Both the position numbers and the translations under genes were made by a program. A stretch of 64,000 nt of DNA from an uncultured Verrucomicrobiota bacterium (GTDB taxonomy: Bacteria > Verrucomicrobiota > Kiritimatiellia > RFP12 > UBA1067): assembly GCA_946613265.1 (NCBI GenBank), contig CAMOFK010000002.1:33817-97816 (forward strand), in the 5' to 3' direction. The first letter of the stretch is position 1; each line of letters opens with the position of its first letter. Shown one piece after another: positions 28,438 through 41,858 of the stretch. The notes under the pieces were generated by a model. The model searched no databases. It had not been told where the DNA came from and worked only from the letters and a program-made list of their open reading frames with translations.

Positions 28438-29055
28438 TCAGCAGGCCATTAGCGTTGCGAGCGCTTTCGCGGGATCTGCGGCGGCGCAGACGGCGCGCAC
28501 GACGGCGAAGTTGCGCGCGCCCGCCTTGCGTACGGCTTGCACCTTCTCCGCATCCGTGATTCCGCCGATCGCGACGGCCGGGAAGGGGACGGAGGCGATC
28601 ATTTTCGCCATCGTCTCCAGTCCGAGCGCGGCGTCCGGGATTTCCTTCGTCGGCGTCGCCCATACGGGGCCTACGCCGATGTAGTCCGGCGCGACGGCTT
28701 TCGCCGCCACGGCCTGTTCGAGCGAATGCGTGGAAAGCCCGACTATGCGCAGGCCCGGAAAGCGCGCGCGCACTTCCGCGACGTCCATGTCGCCTTGGCC
28801 GACGTGCACGCCGTCTGCGCCCGCCTCGGCGGCGATCGATGGATCGTCGTTCACTATGAAAAGCGTCTTAGTGCCGCGCGTGATTTCACGCACCGCTTTC
28901 GCGACGGCGACGATTTCTTCGCGCGGCGCTTTTTTCATGCGCAGTTGCAGCATCCTGACGCCTGCGGCGACGGCGGCGCGCGCGCAGTTTTCGTAGCCTG
29001 CGGCCGGATTCGTCATCACGAGATAAAGGCCGAAAGAGTCTTCCATGTCTGCCAC
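28438..29055 (-). CDS. thiE: Thiamine-phosphate synthase
   Basis: TIM-barrel ThiE pattern …LQLRMKKAP…DGVHVGQGD…GVGPVWATPTK…. Confidence 0.9.
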   Translation of the reverse strand: MADMEDSFGLYLVMTNPAAGYENCARAAVAAGVRMLQLRMKKAPREEIVAVAKAVREITRGTKTLFIVNDDPSIAAEAGADGVHVGQGDMDVAEVRARFPGLRIVGLSTHSLEQAVAAKAVAPDYIGVGPVWATPTKEIPDAALGLETMAKMIASVPFPAVAIGGITDAEKVQAVRKAGARNFAVVRAVCAAADPAKALATLMAC

Positions 29056-29124
29056 CCCGGTTTTGCGTTTGGCGCGGGCGATGCTATGCCCCGGCGCCGT
29101 CGCTGCGGCGCCGGGGCATGCGGA

Positions 29125-29916
29125 TCACTTCGCGAGATCTTCAATGACGATCTGCGCGATCCTGCGGCCGCTCTTCAGCATTCCGCCGAAGATCGGCCCC
29201 ATGCGGAAGCCGCCCTGCGTATTGTTCGCGGCCATGCCGCTCGCGTACAGGCCGGGGTAAAGGCGCTTGGTGTTCGCGACGGTGGTGCGCTCGCCGTCCG
29301 CCATCCACATCGGGCGCTCGCCGAGAATTCCGCCGGTCGGCGAATCGATTTTGACGCCCGCCTTGTGCACCGCCTTGTTGACGATTTCGCTGGGGTGCCC
29401 GGTGCCGTCGATGAGCGCGCGCGAAGTGACGACGATGGGATCGACGTGCATTTCAAGCCTTGCCACAGGGTTCCAGTTTATCACTACTCCGGAGACTACG
29501 CCATCGTGCATCACGATATCTTCCACCTTGACGGTGTTGAAGATGACGGCGCCCGCCTTGCGCGCGCCAAAGATCAGCCCGGAAGCCATCTCGACCGAAT
29601 CCACGGTGTGGTACTGCCCGTCGTACTGGCGCGTGGAAATCCCGAATTCATGGAGAATTTCCGCCGCATCGTTCTGCACGGTCACTTCGTTGAAGAGCAT
29701 TCCGCCGCCCCACGTGCCGCCGCCGGGCGCAAGCTTCGATTCATACACGGCGACCTTCAACCCGGCCTTGGCAAGATCGTGCGCGGCGACAAGCCCGCTC
29801 GGCCCCGCTCCGACGATCGCCACATCGACCGCGAGATTGTTCTCCAGCTTCTCGAAAAAGCGGCGTATGATCGCGCCGCTGATAGTCTCTTCCATTACGG
29901 AAGTCTTGGTGTCCAT
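29125..29916 (-). CDS. thi4: Thi4-family thiazole synthase (archaeal/eukaryotic type)
   Basis: [29 protein letters not shown]…[14 protein letters not shown]-binding pattern of the Thi4/THI1 family. 263 aa. Confidence 0.85.
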   Translation of the reverse strand: MDTKTSVMEETISGAIIRRFFEKLENNLAVDVAIVGAGPSGLVAAHDLAKAGLKVAVYESKLAPGGGTWGGGMLFNEVTVQNDAAEILHEFGISTRQYDGQYHTVDSVEMASGLIFGARKAGAVIFNTVKVEDIVMHDGVVSGVVINWNPVARLEMHVDPIVVTSRALIDGTGHPSEIVNKAVHKAGVKIDSPTGGILGERPMWMADGERTTVANTKRLYPGLYASGMAANNTQGGFRMGPIFGGMLKSGRRIAQIVIEDLAK

Positions 29917-29929
29917 TTTTTGCTTCTTT

Positions 29930-30016
29930 CTTCTCCCTACGCCGGCATTACCCGGTTCAGGTTATTCGGGTATTTTCTCAGCAGTGCCGGCACCTCGCCG
30001 GCACAGCACCCCGTCG
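29930..30016 (-). promoter_or_regulatory. TPP riboswitch (THI element) in the thi4-thiE leader
   Basis: Minus-strand RNA reads …ACGGGGUGCUGUGCCGGCGAGGUGCCGGCACUGCUGAGAAAAUACCCGAAUAACCUGAACCGGGUAAUGCCGGCGUAGGGAGAAG… This has the GGGGUGC, CUGAGA, ACCUGA…GG…UAAUGCC…GCGUAGGGA core. The SD (GGGAG) lies in the 3' P1 strand just before the thi4 ATG. Confidence 0.8.
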
Positions 30017-30022
30017 CGATAC

Positions 30023-30031
30023 ATTATACCA
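30023..30031 (-). promoter_or_regulatory. Extended -10 TGGTATAAT driving the riboswitch-thi4-thiE transcript
   Basis: Reverse complement of attatacca, immediately upstream of the riboswitch 5' end. Confidence 0.45.
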
Positions 30032-30133
30032 TATTGCCGTTCCGCCATGCAACGCAGCCTAAATCGCGGAAATTCACTCTGTCTTCTCACCGCCTGCAAA
30101 AATCAGTTCCGCCCACACACAGCATCAACATTA

Positions 30134-30142
30134 TGGTATAAT
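30134..30142 (+). promoter_or_regulatory. Extended -10 TGGTATAAT for tRNA-Pro, divergent from the thi4 promoter
   Basis: TTATGGTATAATATGCCGCAACAG, followed directly by the tRNA 5' end. Confidence 0.5.
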
Positions 30143-30154
30143 ATGCCGCAACAG

Positions 30155-30232
<78 letters not shown>

Positions 30233-30374
30233 TTTCAAACGGTGTCAAGGGAATCTCTCCTTGTCGCTGGTTTCGCGGCGAACTCGCGGAGCGTGATCTT
30301 GCGGCCGGCCCGTGTATTCGCGTTCCAGCCAGAAGGGCAAGGATAGGGCGGAGGCGTCAGGGGAAGGGGAGATT

Positions 30375-30383
30375 TGGTATAAT
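30375..30383 (+). promoter_or_regulatory. Extended -10 TGGTATAAT upstream of the GH95-like gene; leader of about 190 nt.
   Basis: GATTTGGTATAATATGCGCG. Confidence 0.4.
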
Positions 30384-30566
30384 ATGCGCGTGGAGGGGCA
30401 ATAGCGCATGGCCGCCAACGAGAACCAGATCGCCGTCCATCGGCAGGACGAGGAGACCGCCCGGCGGAGCGGGCGGCTGCAAATCCGCTGCGCAACCCGC
30501 CGGCATTTCACAAAGGCTCGGCAGATCGTCTTTCGCGGCAAGCGCTCTTGGGAGTGCGGCGACTAA

Positions 30567-32966
30567 GTGCACATGCAAACGGAATATCGCCACATGAAAA
30601 GGGGAATAAAGCGTTGCGTCTTGCTCGCCGCCGCTATATTGGCGGCGTGCGGAGGCGCGAGCCAAGACAATGGCGCCGGTGCGGGACGCGACGCGCGGAA
30701 AGCGCCGAAGGCCGCATGGCGCCTGCGCTACGCCGAACCAGCGCAATGGAGCCAGAAGGGGTGGTGCGAAGCGTCGCTGCCGCTTGGCAACGGCCTCTTC
30801 GGCGTCTCCGAGTTTGGTGGCACGGACGTCGAGCGGTTGCAATTGACGGAGCCGGCGTTTCAGACGCGCCAGCTTTTGTACGGACGCGAGGACTGGCCTG
30901 AAGGGAATCTCACGGACGCGGCGGATGTCACGATAGATTTCGGGCACAAGGACGCCGGTGGCTACATTCGCGAACTCGACCTCGAAACGGGCATCGCCTC
31001 TGTCAGATACTCGACGGGCGGGATCGACCATGAGCGCGAATACTTCATATCCTATCCCGACAAGGCCGGCGTGATGCGTTTTTCGGCTTCGCAGGAAGGA
31101 GCGCTCTCGTTCACGCTCGGTGTCGCGGTGCCGTTCACGGACGAAAAATGGCCGTTAAACCGTACCGGGAAAGTCGAGTCGGCCGGCGACGAGATTCGTT
31201 TGACGGCGGAGAGCGGCGCATACCACGTCAAACTCGCAGGCTGTTTCAAGGTTTTGACGGACGGCAAAATCTCCAAAGCCGGGGAGAACTCTCTGCGGGT
31301 TGAAGGAGCAAGCGAAGCGACGGTCGTGTTTTCTCTCGCCACCAACTACCGCCTTTGCCCGGAGATGTTCACGGCGATGCACGGCGAGCGCGACAGAACC
31401 GCCGATTTCGGCCTCGATCCTGCGCCGGAAGCGGCGCGGCGCGTGGCGGCGGCGGCGCGGCGCGGCTACGCCGCACTGAAAGCGCGCCACCTCGACGACA
31501 TTCGCCGGCTGGTCGGCAGGAGCGGAATAGACATCGCCTTCGAGGCCGGGGATATGGCGCTGACGACGCCGCAACTGCGCTGCCGCGGAGCCGCCAGCAA
31601 TTATCTCGCCATGCTTCAATGGCGGCTGGGGAAGTATCTGCTCGCTTCGTCGTCGCGTCCCGGCGGGCTGCCGGGATCGTTGCAGGGGATATGGGCCGGG
31701 CCTGTTTCGAATACGGCGTGGGGTTCGGGCTATTGGCACAATATAAATGTGCAAATGCTCTACTGGCCGGCGTTCATATGCAATATGTCCGAATGTTTCG
31801 AGCCTTACGCCGCCTATTGCGAAGCGTTCCGCCCGGCGACGCGCGGGGCGGCGAGGGCGTATCTCGAAAGAGAAAATCCGGCCGCGCTGGACGAGCCGCT
31901 GGCGGAGGATTTCTGGAGCGTGGGCACGGCGGCGTGGCCGTACGAGCTGCAGATGACGCCGCACCGCGAAATTCCGAACGGGCACTCCGGGCCTGGCACC
32001 GGCGGCCTTACGACCGCGATGTTTACAGACTGGTACGACTTCACGCAAGATCGCGCAATCCTCGAAAAGCGCGTCTGGCCCGCTCTGCACGGCATGGCGG
32101 ATTTCCTCACGCGCTGCGTCGCGCATACGAACGGGCTGTGGCTGGCGACTTTCTCGGCTTCTCCCGAACAGCTCCACAAGAAAAAGCTGCGCAAGACGCT
32201 CGGGACGTATTGCCACACGCTAGGGTGCGCTTTCGATCAGCAGATGATCGAAGCGAACAGCGCCGCGCTCGTGCGTTTCGCCGGGATTCTGGGGCGGTCG
32301 AACGATCCGGTCGTCAAGCGCTGCCGCGCGCAGCTCGGGAAGTACGACAGCGTCATGATCGGCGGCTCCGGGCAGATAAAGGAGTTCCGCGAGGAGGACA
32401 AGTACGGCGAAATAGGCGATCCGGAGCATCGCCACGTTTCCCATCTCTGCGGCCTATACCCGGCGGCGATAATAACCCGCGCCACTCCGGAATGGCTCAT
32501 GGCGGCATCCGCCACTCTCGATATGCGCGGCAAAAAGACCAATGGCTGGGCCACGGCGCACCGCGCCTGCTGTCGCGCGCGCATCGGCGAAGGCGACAAG
32601 GCTCTTGCTTCCTTCGACACCTTCTTCAAGGACTGTCTGACAGACACCCTGTGGGCGCGGCTGGCGGGAACGCAGGAAATCGATGCGAATCTCGGCTATA
32701 CGGCCGCGGTGTCCGAAATGCTCGTCCAGAGCCATGAAACCGACGAAAAGGAGAATTTCATCGTCGATCTACTGCCGGCGCTTCCGTCGAAGTGGGCGTC
32801 CGGCGGCTCTTTCAAGGGACTTTGCGTTCGCGGCGGCTGGACGGTCGATTGCTCATGGAAGGATGGCCGGCCGGTCGAGGTGGCGCTCCATCCAGGCCCG
32901 CATGCCGCCCCCAAACCCCTTGTCCGCTTCGCCGGCGCTCCTCTGCGGGCGCTTGAATCCCGCTAA
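30567..32966 (+). CDS. Glycoside hydrolase, GH95-like (alpha-L-fucosidase family), probable lipoprotein
   Basis: N-terminus [16 protein letters not shown] is a lipobox. Internal [14 protein letters not shown] resembles the GH95 catalytic-region signature. 799 aa. Coordinates from the ORF track. Confidence 0.65.
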   Translation: MHMQTEYRHMKRGIKRCVLLAAAILAACGGASQDNGAGAGRDARKAPKAAWRLRYAEPAQWSQKGWCEASLPLGNGLFGVSEFGGTDVERLQLTEPAFQTRQLLYGREDWPEGNLTDAADVTIDFGHKDAGGYIRELDLETGIASVRYSTGGIDHEREYFISYPDKAGVMRFSASQEGALSFTLGVAVPFTDEKWPLNRTGKVESAGDEIRLTAESGAYHVKLAGCFKVLTDGKISKAGENSLRVEGASEATVVFSLATNYRLCPEMFTAMHGERDRTADFGLDPAPEAARRVAAAARRGYAALKARHLDDIRRLVGRSGIDIAFEAGDMALTTPQLRCRGAASNYLAMLQWRLGKYLLASSSRPGGLPGSLQGIWAGPVSNTAWGSGYWHNINVQMLYWPAFICNMSECFEPYAAYCEAFRPATRGAARAYLERENPAALDEPLAEDFWSVGTAAWPYELQMTPHREIPNGHSGPGTGGLTTAMFTDWYDFTQDRAILEKRVWPALHGMADFLTRCVAHTNGLWLATFSASPEQLHKKKLRKTLGTYCHTLGCAFDQQMIEANSAALVRFAGILGRSNDPVVKRCRAQLGKYDSVMIGGSGQIKEFREEDKYGEIGDPEHRHVSHLCGLYPAAIITRATPEWLMAASATLDMRGKKTNGWATAHRACCRARIGEGDKALASFDTFFKDCLTDTLWARLAGTQEIDANLGYTAAVSEMLVQSHETDEKENFIVDLLPALPSKWASGGSFKGLCVRGGWTVDCSWKDGRPVEVALHPGPHAAPKPLVRFAGAPLRALESR

Positions 32967-33075
32967 TTGCTTTTTGTTCCGGTGCCAGATACGATTTTGC
33001 GCGCTTACCGTTGGCTCCGTAAACCTCGCCCGTTCCATCCATCGACTTTTCCCGTACCGCCCATCAGGTGATTCT

Positions 33076-33215
33076 TGTCGCCTCGTCTCGCGACTAGGGT
33101 CGCCTCGTCTCGCGACTGGAGTCGCCTTTGCAAGCGACTAGGGTCGCCTCGTCTCGCGACTAGGGTCGCCTTTGCTAGCGACTAGGGTCGCCTTTGCTGG
33201 CGACTAGAGTCGCTT
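33076..33215. repeat. Second array (about 6.5 copies) of the 22-bp GCGACTAGGGTCGCC-core tandem repeat, same family and orientation as the 21.9-kb array.
   Basis: Units at 33090, 33112, 33134, 33156, 33178 and 33200. Spacers are TCGTCTC or TTTGCTR. Intergenic, after the GH95 gene. Confidence 0.85.
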
Positions 33216-33810
33216 GGGGAGGCGACAAGCGCCGCTCCGGCTCCCGAACCCGCAGACCGCGGCTACGCATCCCGCGCACCGTGCAAAGACCTGCCGCGGG
33301 CTGACACGCCCGCTCCCAAGGGGAAGTGGCGCAGAAAAGGCGACAAAGTTGCTTTATTCTGGCAGATATAGTGCATAGAAGGGGAGGAGTTTTTGCTAGT
33401 TTCGTACCATTGGGAAGCTGGGATAAGAGAAGGTGAAAAAATCTTCGGGGCGTTCCGTTGCCCATTGACGGGGGCAAAAAGAATATGATAAAATATGCCG
33501 CAACTTGGGTATAGTAGGTATGGTTGGTTATATTGAATATGTCGCAACAGACGAAATAACGTCTCTTACGAGGCGTTTCCAACCTTGCCCCCCACTCCCC
33601 CCTCGAACAATACGCACATATGCGCGGTGTTTTGCGTCGCGAGCCATTTGCCGGCGGTAGCCACGACTTCAAAATGACACGTGACGCGTTCATACCGAGC
33701 AGAGTTTCGCAACGCCCGTCCAGGCGCGTATTCCTTTCTTCGCCCTGGCATCGTCGTCGCGAGTGCGGACGGCGCAGGAACTATTTCCAATTACAAGAGG
33801 CATGAACATT

Positions 33811-34674
33811 ATGAATAGAAGAGTACAGAGGATAGGCGCGGCTATCGTGCTTGCAGCCGCTTCAATCGCGCTGAGCGCGTCCGCCGTCAACTTCCCGGTC
33901 GGCACCCACCTCGTCAAGGGGACGCTGAAGAACTGGAAGAACAAGGTGCTCACCTCTTCCGCCGCCGTGACCGTGCAGGCGGTTTCCACGAACGGCACGA
34001 TCATCGCATCCGCCACGGTGTCCGACCCCACGGAGGACGGATCCAACTTCCTGCTGTCCATTCCGCTTTCCACGAAAGCGACAGACTTCACGGCGGCCGT
34101 AGGCGACCAACTCAACTGCGTCATCGTGCAGGAGGCCGGCCTTTCCGTCGCCGCGAGTCCGATCCGCGTGGGCGATGCGAACACCGTCTCCACGGTATCC
34201 CTCGAGTTCGTCAATATGAAGACATACACCGCGGCGGACGGCACCACCGCGAGCATCCCGGAGGAATACGTCGAAACGATCGCCCCCTGGATGGAGGCAT
34301 ACGAGATCGAGGGCGACTACGATCCATTCGCCGACTATGACAACGACGGCGTTTCGAACTACGTCGAATACCGCGCCGGCACGAGTCCCTTCGACGATAC
34401 CGACAAGCTCGCGATCACCGATTACTTCGCGCCGCGGAACGCCTTGCACACGCTCAAGTTCGAGTATGTCGGCGGCCATGTTTATGGCGTCGCCACCACG
34501 CTTTCGCTCGTGAATCCGGAATGGGCCGTGCAGAAGGTCAAGAAGACGGAGGACGACGCCGCACGCGAGCAGGTCATGCCGTCCGCCGACGAAGAGGATG
34601 TGGGGATTGCGACTATATACGTCGTGCCCGTCGAGGGCGCGAAGAGCCAGTTCTTCAAATTGGAGGCGAAGTAA
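33811..34674 (+). CDS. Secreted protein with a C-terminal DxDxDG Ca-binding-like motif and an FFKLEAK tail. Start set at MNRRVQ.
   Basis: Signal peptide RIGAAIVLAAASIALSASA. C-terminus DYDNDGVSNYVEYRAGTSPFDDTDKL…SQFFKLEAK parallels the C-terminus of the first CDS (1..3087). Confidence 0.6.
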   Translation: MNRRVQRIGAAIVLAAASIALSASAVNFPVGTHLVKGTLKNWKNKVLTSSAAVTVQAVSTNGTIIASATVSDPTEDGSNFLLSIPLSTKATDFTAAVGDQLNCVIVQEAGLSVAASPIRVGDANTVSTVSLEFVNMKTYTAADGTTASIPEEYVETIAPWMEAYEIEGDYDPFADYDNDGVSNYVEYRAGTSPFDDTDKLAITDYFAPRNALHTLKFEYVGGHVYGVATTLSLVNPEWAVQKVKKTEDDAAREQVMPSADEEDVGIATIYVVPVEGAKSQFFKLEAK

Positions 34675-34676
34675 CA

Positions 34677-36392
34677 ATGAAGAGAATCCTTTCTATTGCG
34701 GCGGCGTTTTCCGCCGCGGCGGCGTGCGCCGCGCATATCAGCGAGACGATGACGCTTGCGAAGGGCTGGAACGCAATCTATCTTGAATCGACGCCCACGA
34801 ACGCCGCCTGCGCGGAGTTCTTCGCCGGCGCGCCCGTCGAGCGCGTCGCGTCGTACCAGTCCGACGCCTACTCCTCCACGCGGCAATACGCGAGCGACGG
34901 CTCGGAAATCACGCAGAAGCCGGTTTCCTACTACGTCTGGGTGCCGGGCGACGCGGACGCCTCCACCATGTCGTCGCTTGTAGGTGGCCATACCTATATG
35001 ATCTACGCCAGCGACGTCTGGACGAACAGCTTCTACGGCGTGCCGGCCGCGCCGCGCCAGACATGGCGCGCGACGGCGGGAGACTCCGCCCTCATGAACC
35101 TCGCGGGCGTCTCGGTCGCGCCCGGCGTCTCCGTGACGGCGAAGGAGTATTTCGGCGAAGGGCCGTTCGGGACGACCGCGGGCATCACTTACAAGATCGA
35201 CGGCAGCAAACCGGCCGCGCCGACGTTCCTGCCGATGACGCTCTCCGCGAAGACGAAGCTGCACGGCGGCGCGGCCTACGCGCTCACGGCGGCGAAAGAC
35301 GCCGATTGGCCGGGTGTCGTCGGCGTCCAGAGCAGAGGGCTTTTCTTCGGCGCGAATGCGAATTTCGCTTCCATCACCATCAAGAACTGCGGTACGACGA
35401 ACCACGAGTTCAAGCTCGCCGTCGTCCGCTCTGACGACTATCTGGAGTCCGGGGAAGAGATGCCGCCGATCGCGCGCCGCCTTCCCCGCACGGATGCGGC
35501 CGTCGCGCCGGGTTTCACGAACGTGGCCGAGTCGTCCGAATGGACGGTCGAGCTGAAGGCGGGCGAGAGCTTCGAACAACTATTTAGTATTGACCGTTCG
35601 GCGCTCGAGCAGGGCAAGAACTACGGCGCGATTTTGACGATCGAGGATCTCGGCGCGAGCAAGATGCGCGTCCGCCTGCCTGTTTTGGCAGCCGGCGTGT
35701 CCGAAGACGCCGTTAAGTATCCTACCGGGCTGTGGATCGGCGAAATCGCGCTTTCGTATGTTTCCTCCATTTCCGATACCACTCCAATGCCTGTGGCGCC
35801 GGGCGCCGAGCTGAAGATGAACGTCATGATGCATGTGGACGAGGCGGGCAAGTGCACGCTCCTCCAGCGCGTAGCCGCAGGCATCGACACGAACGGGACC
35901 AAGCGCCTCTTCAGGGAATTGGAAAGCGTCCCGGCGGGCGAGATCGAAAACGCCAAGCGCTATTCGACCGTCATGATGAGCGTAGATACTCCCGCCGTCG
36001 CCGCGGAGAACGGCGCCAAATTCGGCGACGACGCCGTTTTCACATGGGCGGTCGCGCCGACGGCGCGCGACAATCCTTTCCGCCACGCCTGGCATCCCGA
36101 CCATGACGGCAAGAAGGCCGACTACTCCGGCTACCTGCCCGCGGGCGACGACTTCCTGCTCTACTCGAACCCGGTGAAGCCCGAACTCTGGAGCATCACA
36201 AACCGCCTGGACTTCTCTTGGCACGAGGGCGGCAACAAGGCCGCACCGGTCGATTTCCAGTACAACGCTGCGGAGGCGACCACCGGCATAGTCACGTGGG
36301 ACGTCACAGGCCTGTCGGCCAAGAACCCCATCAGATCCGTCGGCACGTTTACGCTCAAGCGCATCTTCAAGGCGAAACGGCTGGAGGATTGA
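34677..36392 (+). CDS. Secreted hypothetical protein (571 aa)
   Basis: GGAGG RBS. Signal peptide MKRILSIAAAFSAAAACAA. C-terminal …FTLKRIFKAKRLED tail. Confidence 0.55.
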   Translation: MKRILSIAAAFSAAAACAAHISETMTLAKGWNAIYLESTPTNAACAEFFAGAPVERVASYQSDAYSSTRQYASDGSEITQKPVSYYVWVPGDADASTMSSLVGGHTYMIYASDVWTNSFYGVPAAPRQTWRATAGDSALMNLAGVSVAPGVSVTAKEYFGEGPFGTTAGITYKIDGSKPAAPTFLPMTLSAKTKLHGGAAYALTAAKDADWPGVVGVQSRGLFFGANANFASITIKNCGTTNHEFKLAVVRSDDYLESGEEMPPIARRLPRTDAAVAPGFTNVAESSEWTVELKAGESFEQLFSIDRSALEQGKNYGAILTIEDLGASKMRVRLPVLAAGVSEDAVKYPTGLWIGEIALSYVSSISDTTPMPVAPGAELKMNVMMHVDEAGKCTLLQRVAAGIDTNGTKRLFRELESVPAGEIENAKRYSTVMMSVDTPAVAAENGAKFGDDAVFTWAVAPTARDNPFRHAWHPDHDGKKADYSGYLPAGDDFLLYSNPVKPELWSITNRLDFSWHEGGNKAAPVDFQYNAAEATTGIVTWDVTGLSAKNPIRSVGTFTLKRIFKAKRLED

Positions 36393-36468
36393 AACCGGAA
36401 GTGCGCCGCCGTTCCAATCCGGCTCCGGCGGCGACCGGCGGCAATTGAACACAATAAGGACTAAGACG

Positions 36469-37287
36469 ATGAAGAATAAGGTTCTCGGGAAAGCGCTATT
36501 CGCCTTTTCGCTTGTTTCCATGGCGGCGGCCGCGTTTGCGGACGTCCCGCAGGTGCTGACGTATCGCGGCGTGCTGGACTGGACGGGCCGCGAGGCGCGC
36601 AAAACCTCGCTGGAAATGACGTTCCGGCTCTACGATTCCCTCGCGCCGGACCAGGCGTTGTGGGCGCGCACGATGCGCGTGCCGGTGGATACGAACGGCG
36701 TCTTCTACGCCGAACTCTCCGACCGCAACGGCAGCGATCCCGACGGCATCGGCTACACGCTCGCCGACGCGATGGGCGCCATCAAGGGCATTCCGGAAAT
36801 CGGCCTCACTCCTCCGGAGTCGGCGGAACTCAGGCCGCGCCAGACGCTCTCGACGGCGCCGCGCGCCGCGCGCGCCGCGCGCGCCAAAGCCGCCGATATC
36901 GTGTATGCGCCGACCGGCGCGTATGCCGACGGCGTGAATATCGACTTCGCGGTCGTCAATGAATTGACGGTGCAGAAGGGCGCGTCGCTCGCGGCGTTTC
37001 CCGCGAAGTGCTCCTTGACGAAGCTGGACGAAGGGCGCGTGCGCGAACTCGGCGGCGGCGATTCGTCCATTACCGTGCGCGATGTGAAGTCCGTGCGTCC
37101 GAACTGGCCAGTCTGCTTCACGCAGGACGGCTTCAAATACACCGTCGATGCCGCGCCTTGCGACATGATCCTCACATACGAGGGCGCGGACGGCGCGTTC
37201 AACGTCATCGTGCCCGCCGGCGGCAAGGTCGATGGCGCAAGCGCCAACGTGCAGACGATCTACGGCACGGCGTTCGGCAACCCGTAA
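36469..37287 (+). CDS. Secreted hypothetical protein (272 aa)
   Basis: AAGGA RBS. Signal peptide MKNKVLGKALFAFSLVSMAAAAFA. Confidence 0.5.
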   Translation: MKNKVLGKALFAFSLVSMAAAAFADVPQVLTYRGVLDWTGREARKTSLEMTFRLYDSLAPDQALWARTMRVPVDTNGVFYAELSDRNGSDPDGIGYTLADAMGAIKGIPEIGLTPPESAELRPRQTLSTAPRAARAARAKAADIVYAPTGAYADGVNIDFAVVNELTVQKGASLAAFPAKCSLTKLDEGRVRELGGGDSSITVRDVKSVRPNWPVCFTQDGFKYTVDAAPCDMILTYEGADGAFNVIVPAGGKVDGASANVQTIYGTAFGNP

Positions 37288-37317
37288 CCGCGGCATATAA
37301 GGAAAGAGGGCAGCATT

Positions 37318-40803
<3,486 letters not shown>

Positions 40804-40805
40804 GG

Positions 40806-40870
40806 GTTGAAAGGTTGAAAAGTGCGTAGCGACGACGCCTCGTCGTCGGAATAAAAGTTGAAAGGTTGAG
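40806..40870 (+). repeat. Junction motif GTTGAAAGGTTGAAAAG, then an 8-bp-stem hairpin (CGACGACG-cct-CGTCGTCG), then a second GTTGAAAGGTTGAG copy
   Basis: Read directly from the sequence. The same word recurs at 41829, 44425 and 46039. Confidence 0.8.
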
Positions 40871-40903
40871 GATGAAAAGCGAGTGCCAGAGAAGGGAGGT
40901 CGC

Positions 40904-41836
40904 ATGAAGGACGGCGAATTGCAATCTGCTTCGTCCGGCGGCGTTTCTTTTAAGGAAAGCGCTACGACCGACGACTTCATCAAGTCTCGCATCTTCACGA
41001 TTCGCGGCGTCCAGGTGATGCTTGATCGTGACTTGGCGTCACTCTACGGTGTTGAAACGAAGCGATTGAACGAGCAAGTCCGAAGAAACGCTGAGCGATT
41101 TCCCGTAAATTTCATGTTCTCGCTTTCACCATCGGAGATGGGGGAACTGGTCGCAAATTGCGACCGGTTCAAAACCATGAAACATTCTTCAGTTCCGATG
41201 ACTGCTTTTACGGAACACGGGATTCTGATGCTTGCGAGCGTGCTCAAAAGTGAAGTCGCCGTATCGGCAAGCATACGGATAACCAACGCTTTCGTCGCCA
41301 TGCGCAAGGCGCTTGCGTCCGTTGCGCCGCTCTTTGCCCGCATGGATACGATAGAGCGCCGCCAAATCGCAGATCAGTCTCGCAACGAAGAGCGGTTCGA
41401 CACCATCTTCAAGGCGATGGACGGGGGCGACTTTCCTCCGCAGAAGGTGTTCTTCGACGGCAAGCACTACGACGCCTTCTCTTTCGCCCGCAAGCTAGTG
41501 CGCAAGGCGGTGAAAAGCATTGTTCTTGTCGACAACTACTGCGACGATGTGACGCTCGACATCCTTTTGCAGAAGCGCGGTGGCGTGGCCGTCACGGTTG
41601 CGACGTTGCAGAAGAGCGTCACGAAGTTCCTGACGCCAGCCGCCATATCGAAGTTCAACAAGCAGAACCAGACGATGACCGTAAAGCCCGTCTCCGCTTT
41701 CCACGACCGTTTCCTCATCCTCGACGGCGTGGAACTCTACCACCTTGGCGCATCATTTAAGGACCTCGGCCGAAAATATTGCGCAGTCACGAAAATGGAC
41801 GCGATGTTCATTCCGTCCATTTTGCAGAGGATTTGA
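40904..41836 (+). CDS. ORF6N-domain protein (phage / mobile-element-associated, antirepressor or RhuM-like)
   Basis: IFTIRGVQVMLDRDLASLYGVETKRLNEQVRRNAERFPVNFMF matches the ORF6N domain. Local GC is lower than the genome background. Confidence 0.7.
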   Translation: MKDGELQSASSGGVSFKESATTDDFIKSRIFTIRGVQVMLDRDLASLYGVETKRLNEQVRRNAERFPVNFMFSLSPSEMGELVANCDRFKTMKHSSVPMTAFTEHGILMLASVLKSEVAVSASIRITNAFVAMRKALASVAPLFARMDTIERRQIADQSRNEERFDTIFKAMDGGDFPPQKVFFDGKHYDAFSFARKLVRKAVKSIVLVDNYCDDVTLDILLQKRGGVAVTVATLQKSVTKFLTPAAISKFNKQNQTMTVKPVSAFHDRFLILDGVELYHLGASFKDLGRKYCAVTKMDAMFIPSILQRI

Positions 41837-41852
41837 AAGGATTGAAAGGAAA
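41829..41852 (+). repeat. Variant junction motif GATTTGAAAGGATTGAAAGGAAAC directly before the GLUG-protein start
   Basis: Direct read. Confidence 0.6.
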
Positions 41853-41858
41853 CAACCA

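Noticed and set aside
30408-30566. Short ORF (about 50 codons) in the leader between the 30375 promoter and the GH95 gene.
   Set aside because: It falls below the track threshold. I could not frame it confidently (apparent 1-nt ambiguity in my manual count), and it has no RBS or conservation evidence. It may be a leader peptide, but I did not call it.
40904-41836. The ORF6N gene plus the junction repeats as a prophage or integrative element.
   Set aside because: No integrase, transposase, recombinase or attachment-site duplication is visible in the window. One phage-associated domain is not enough to call a mobile element.
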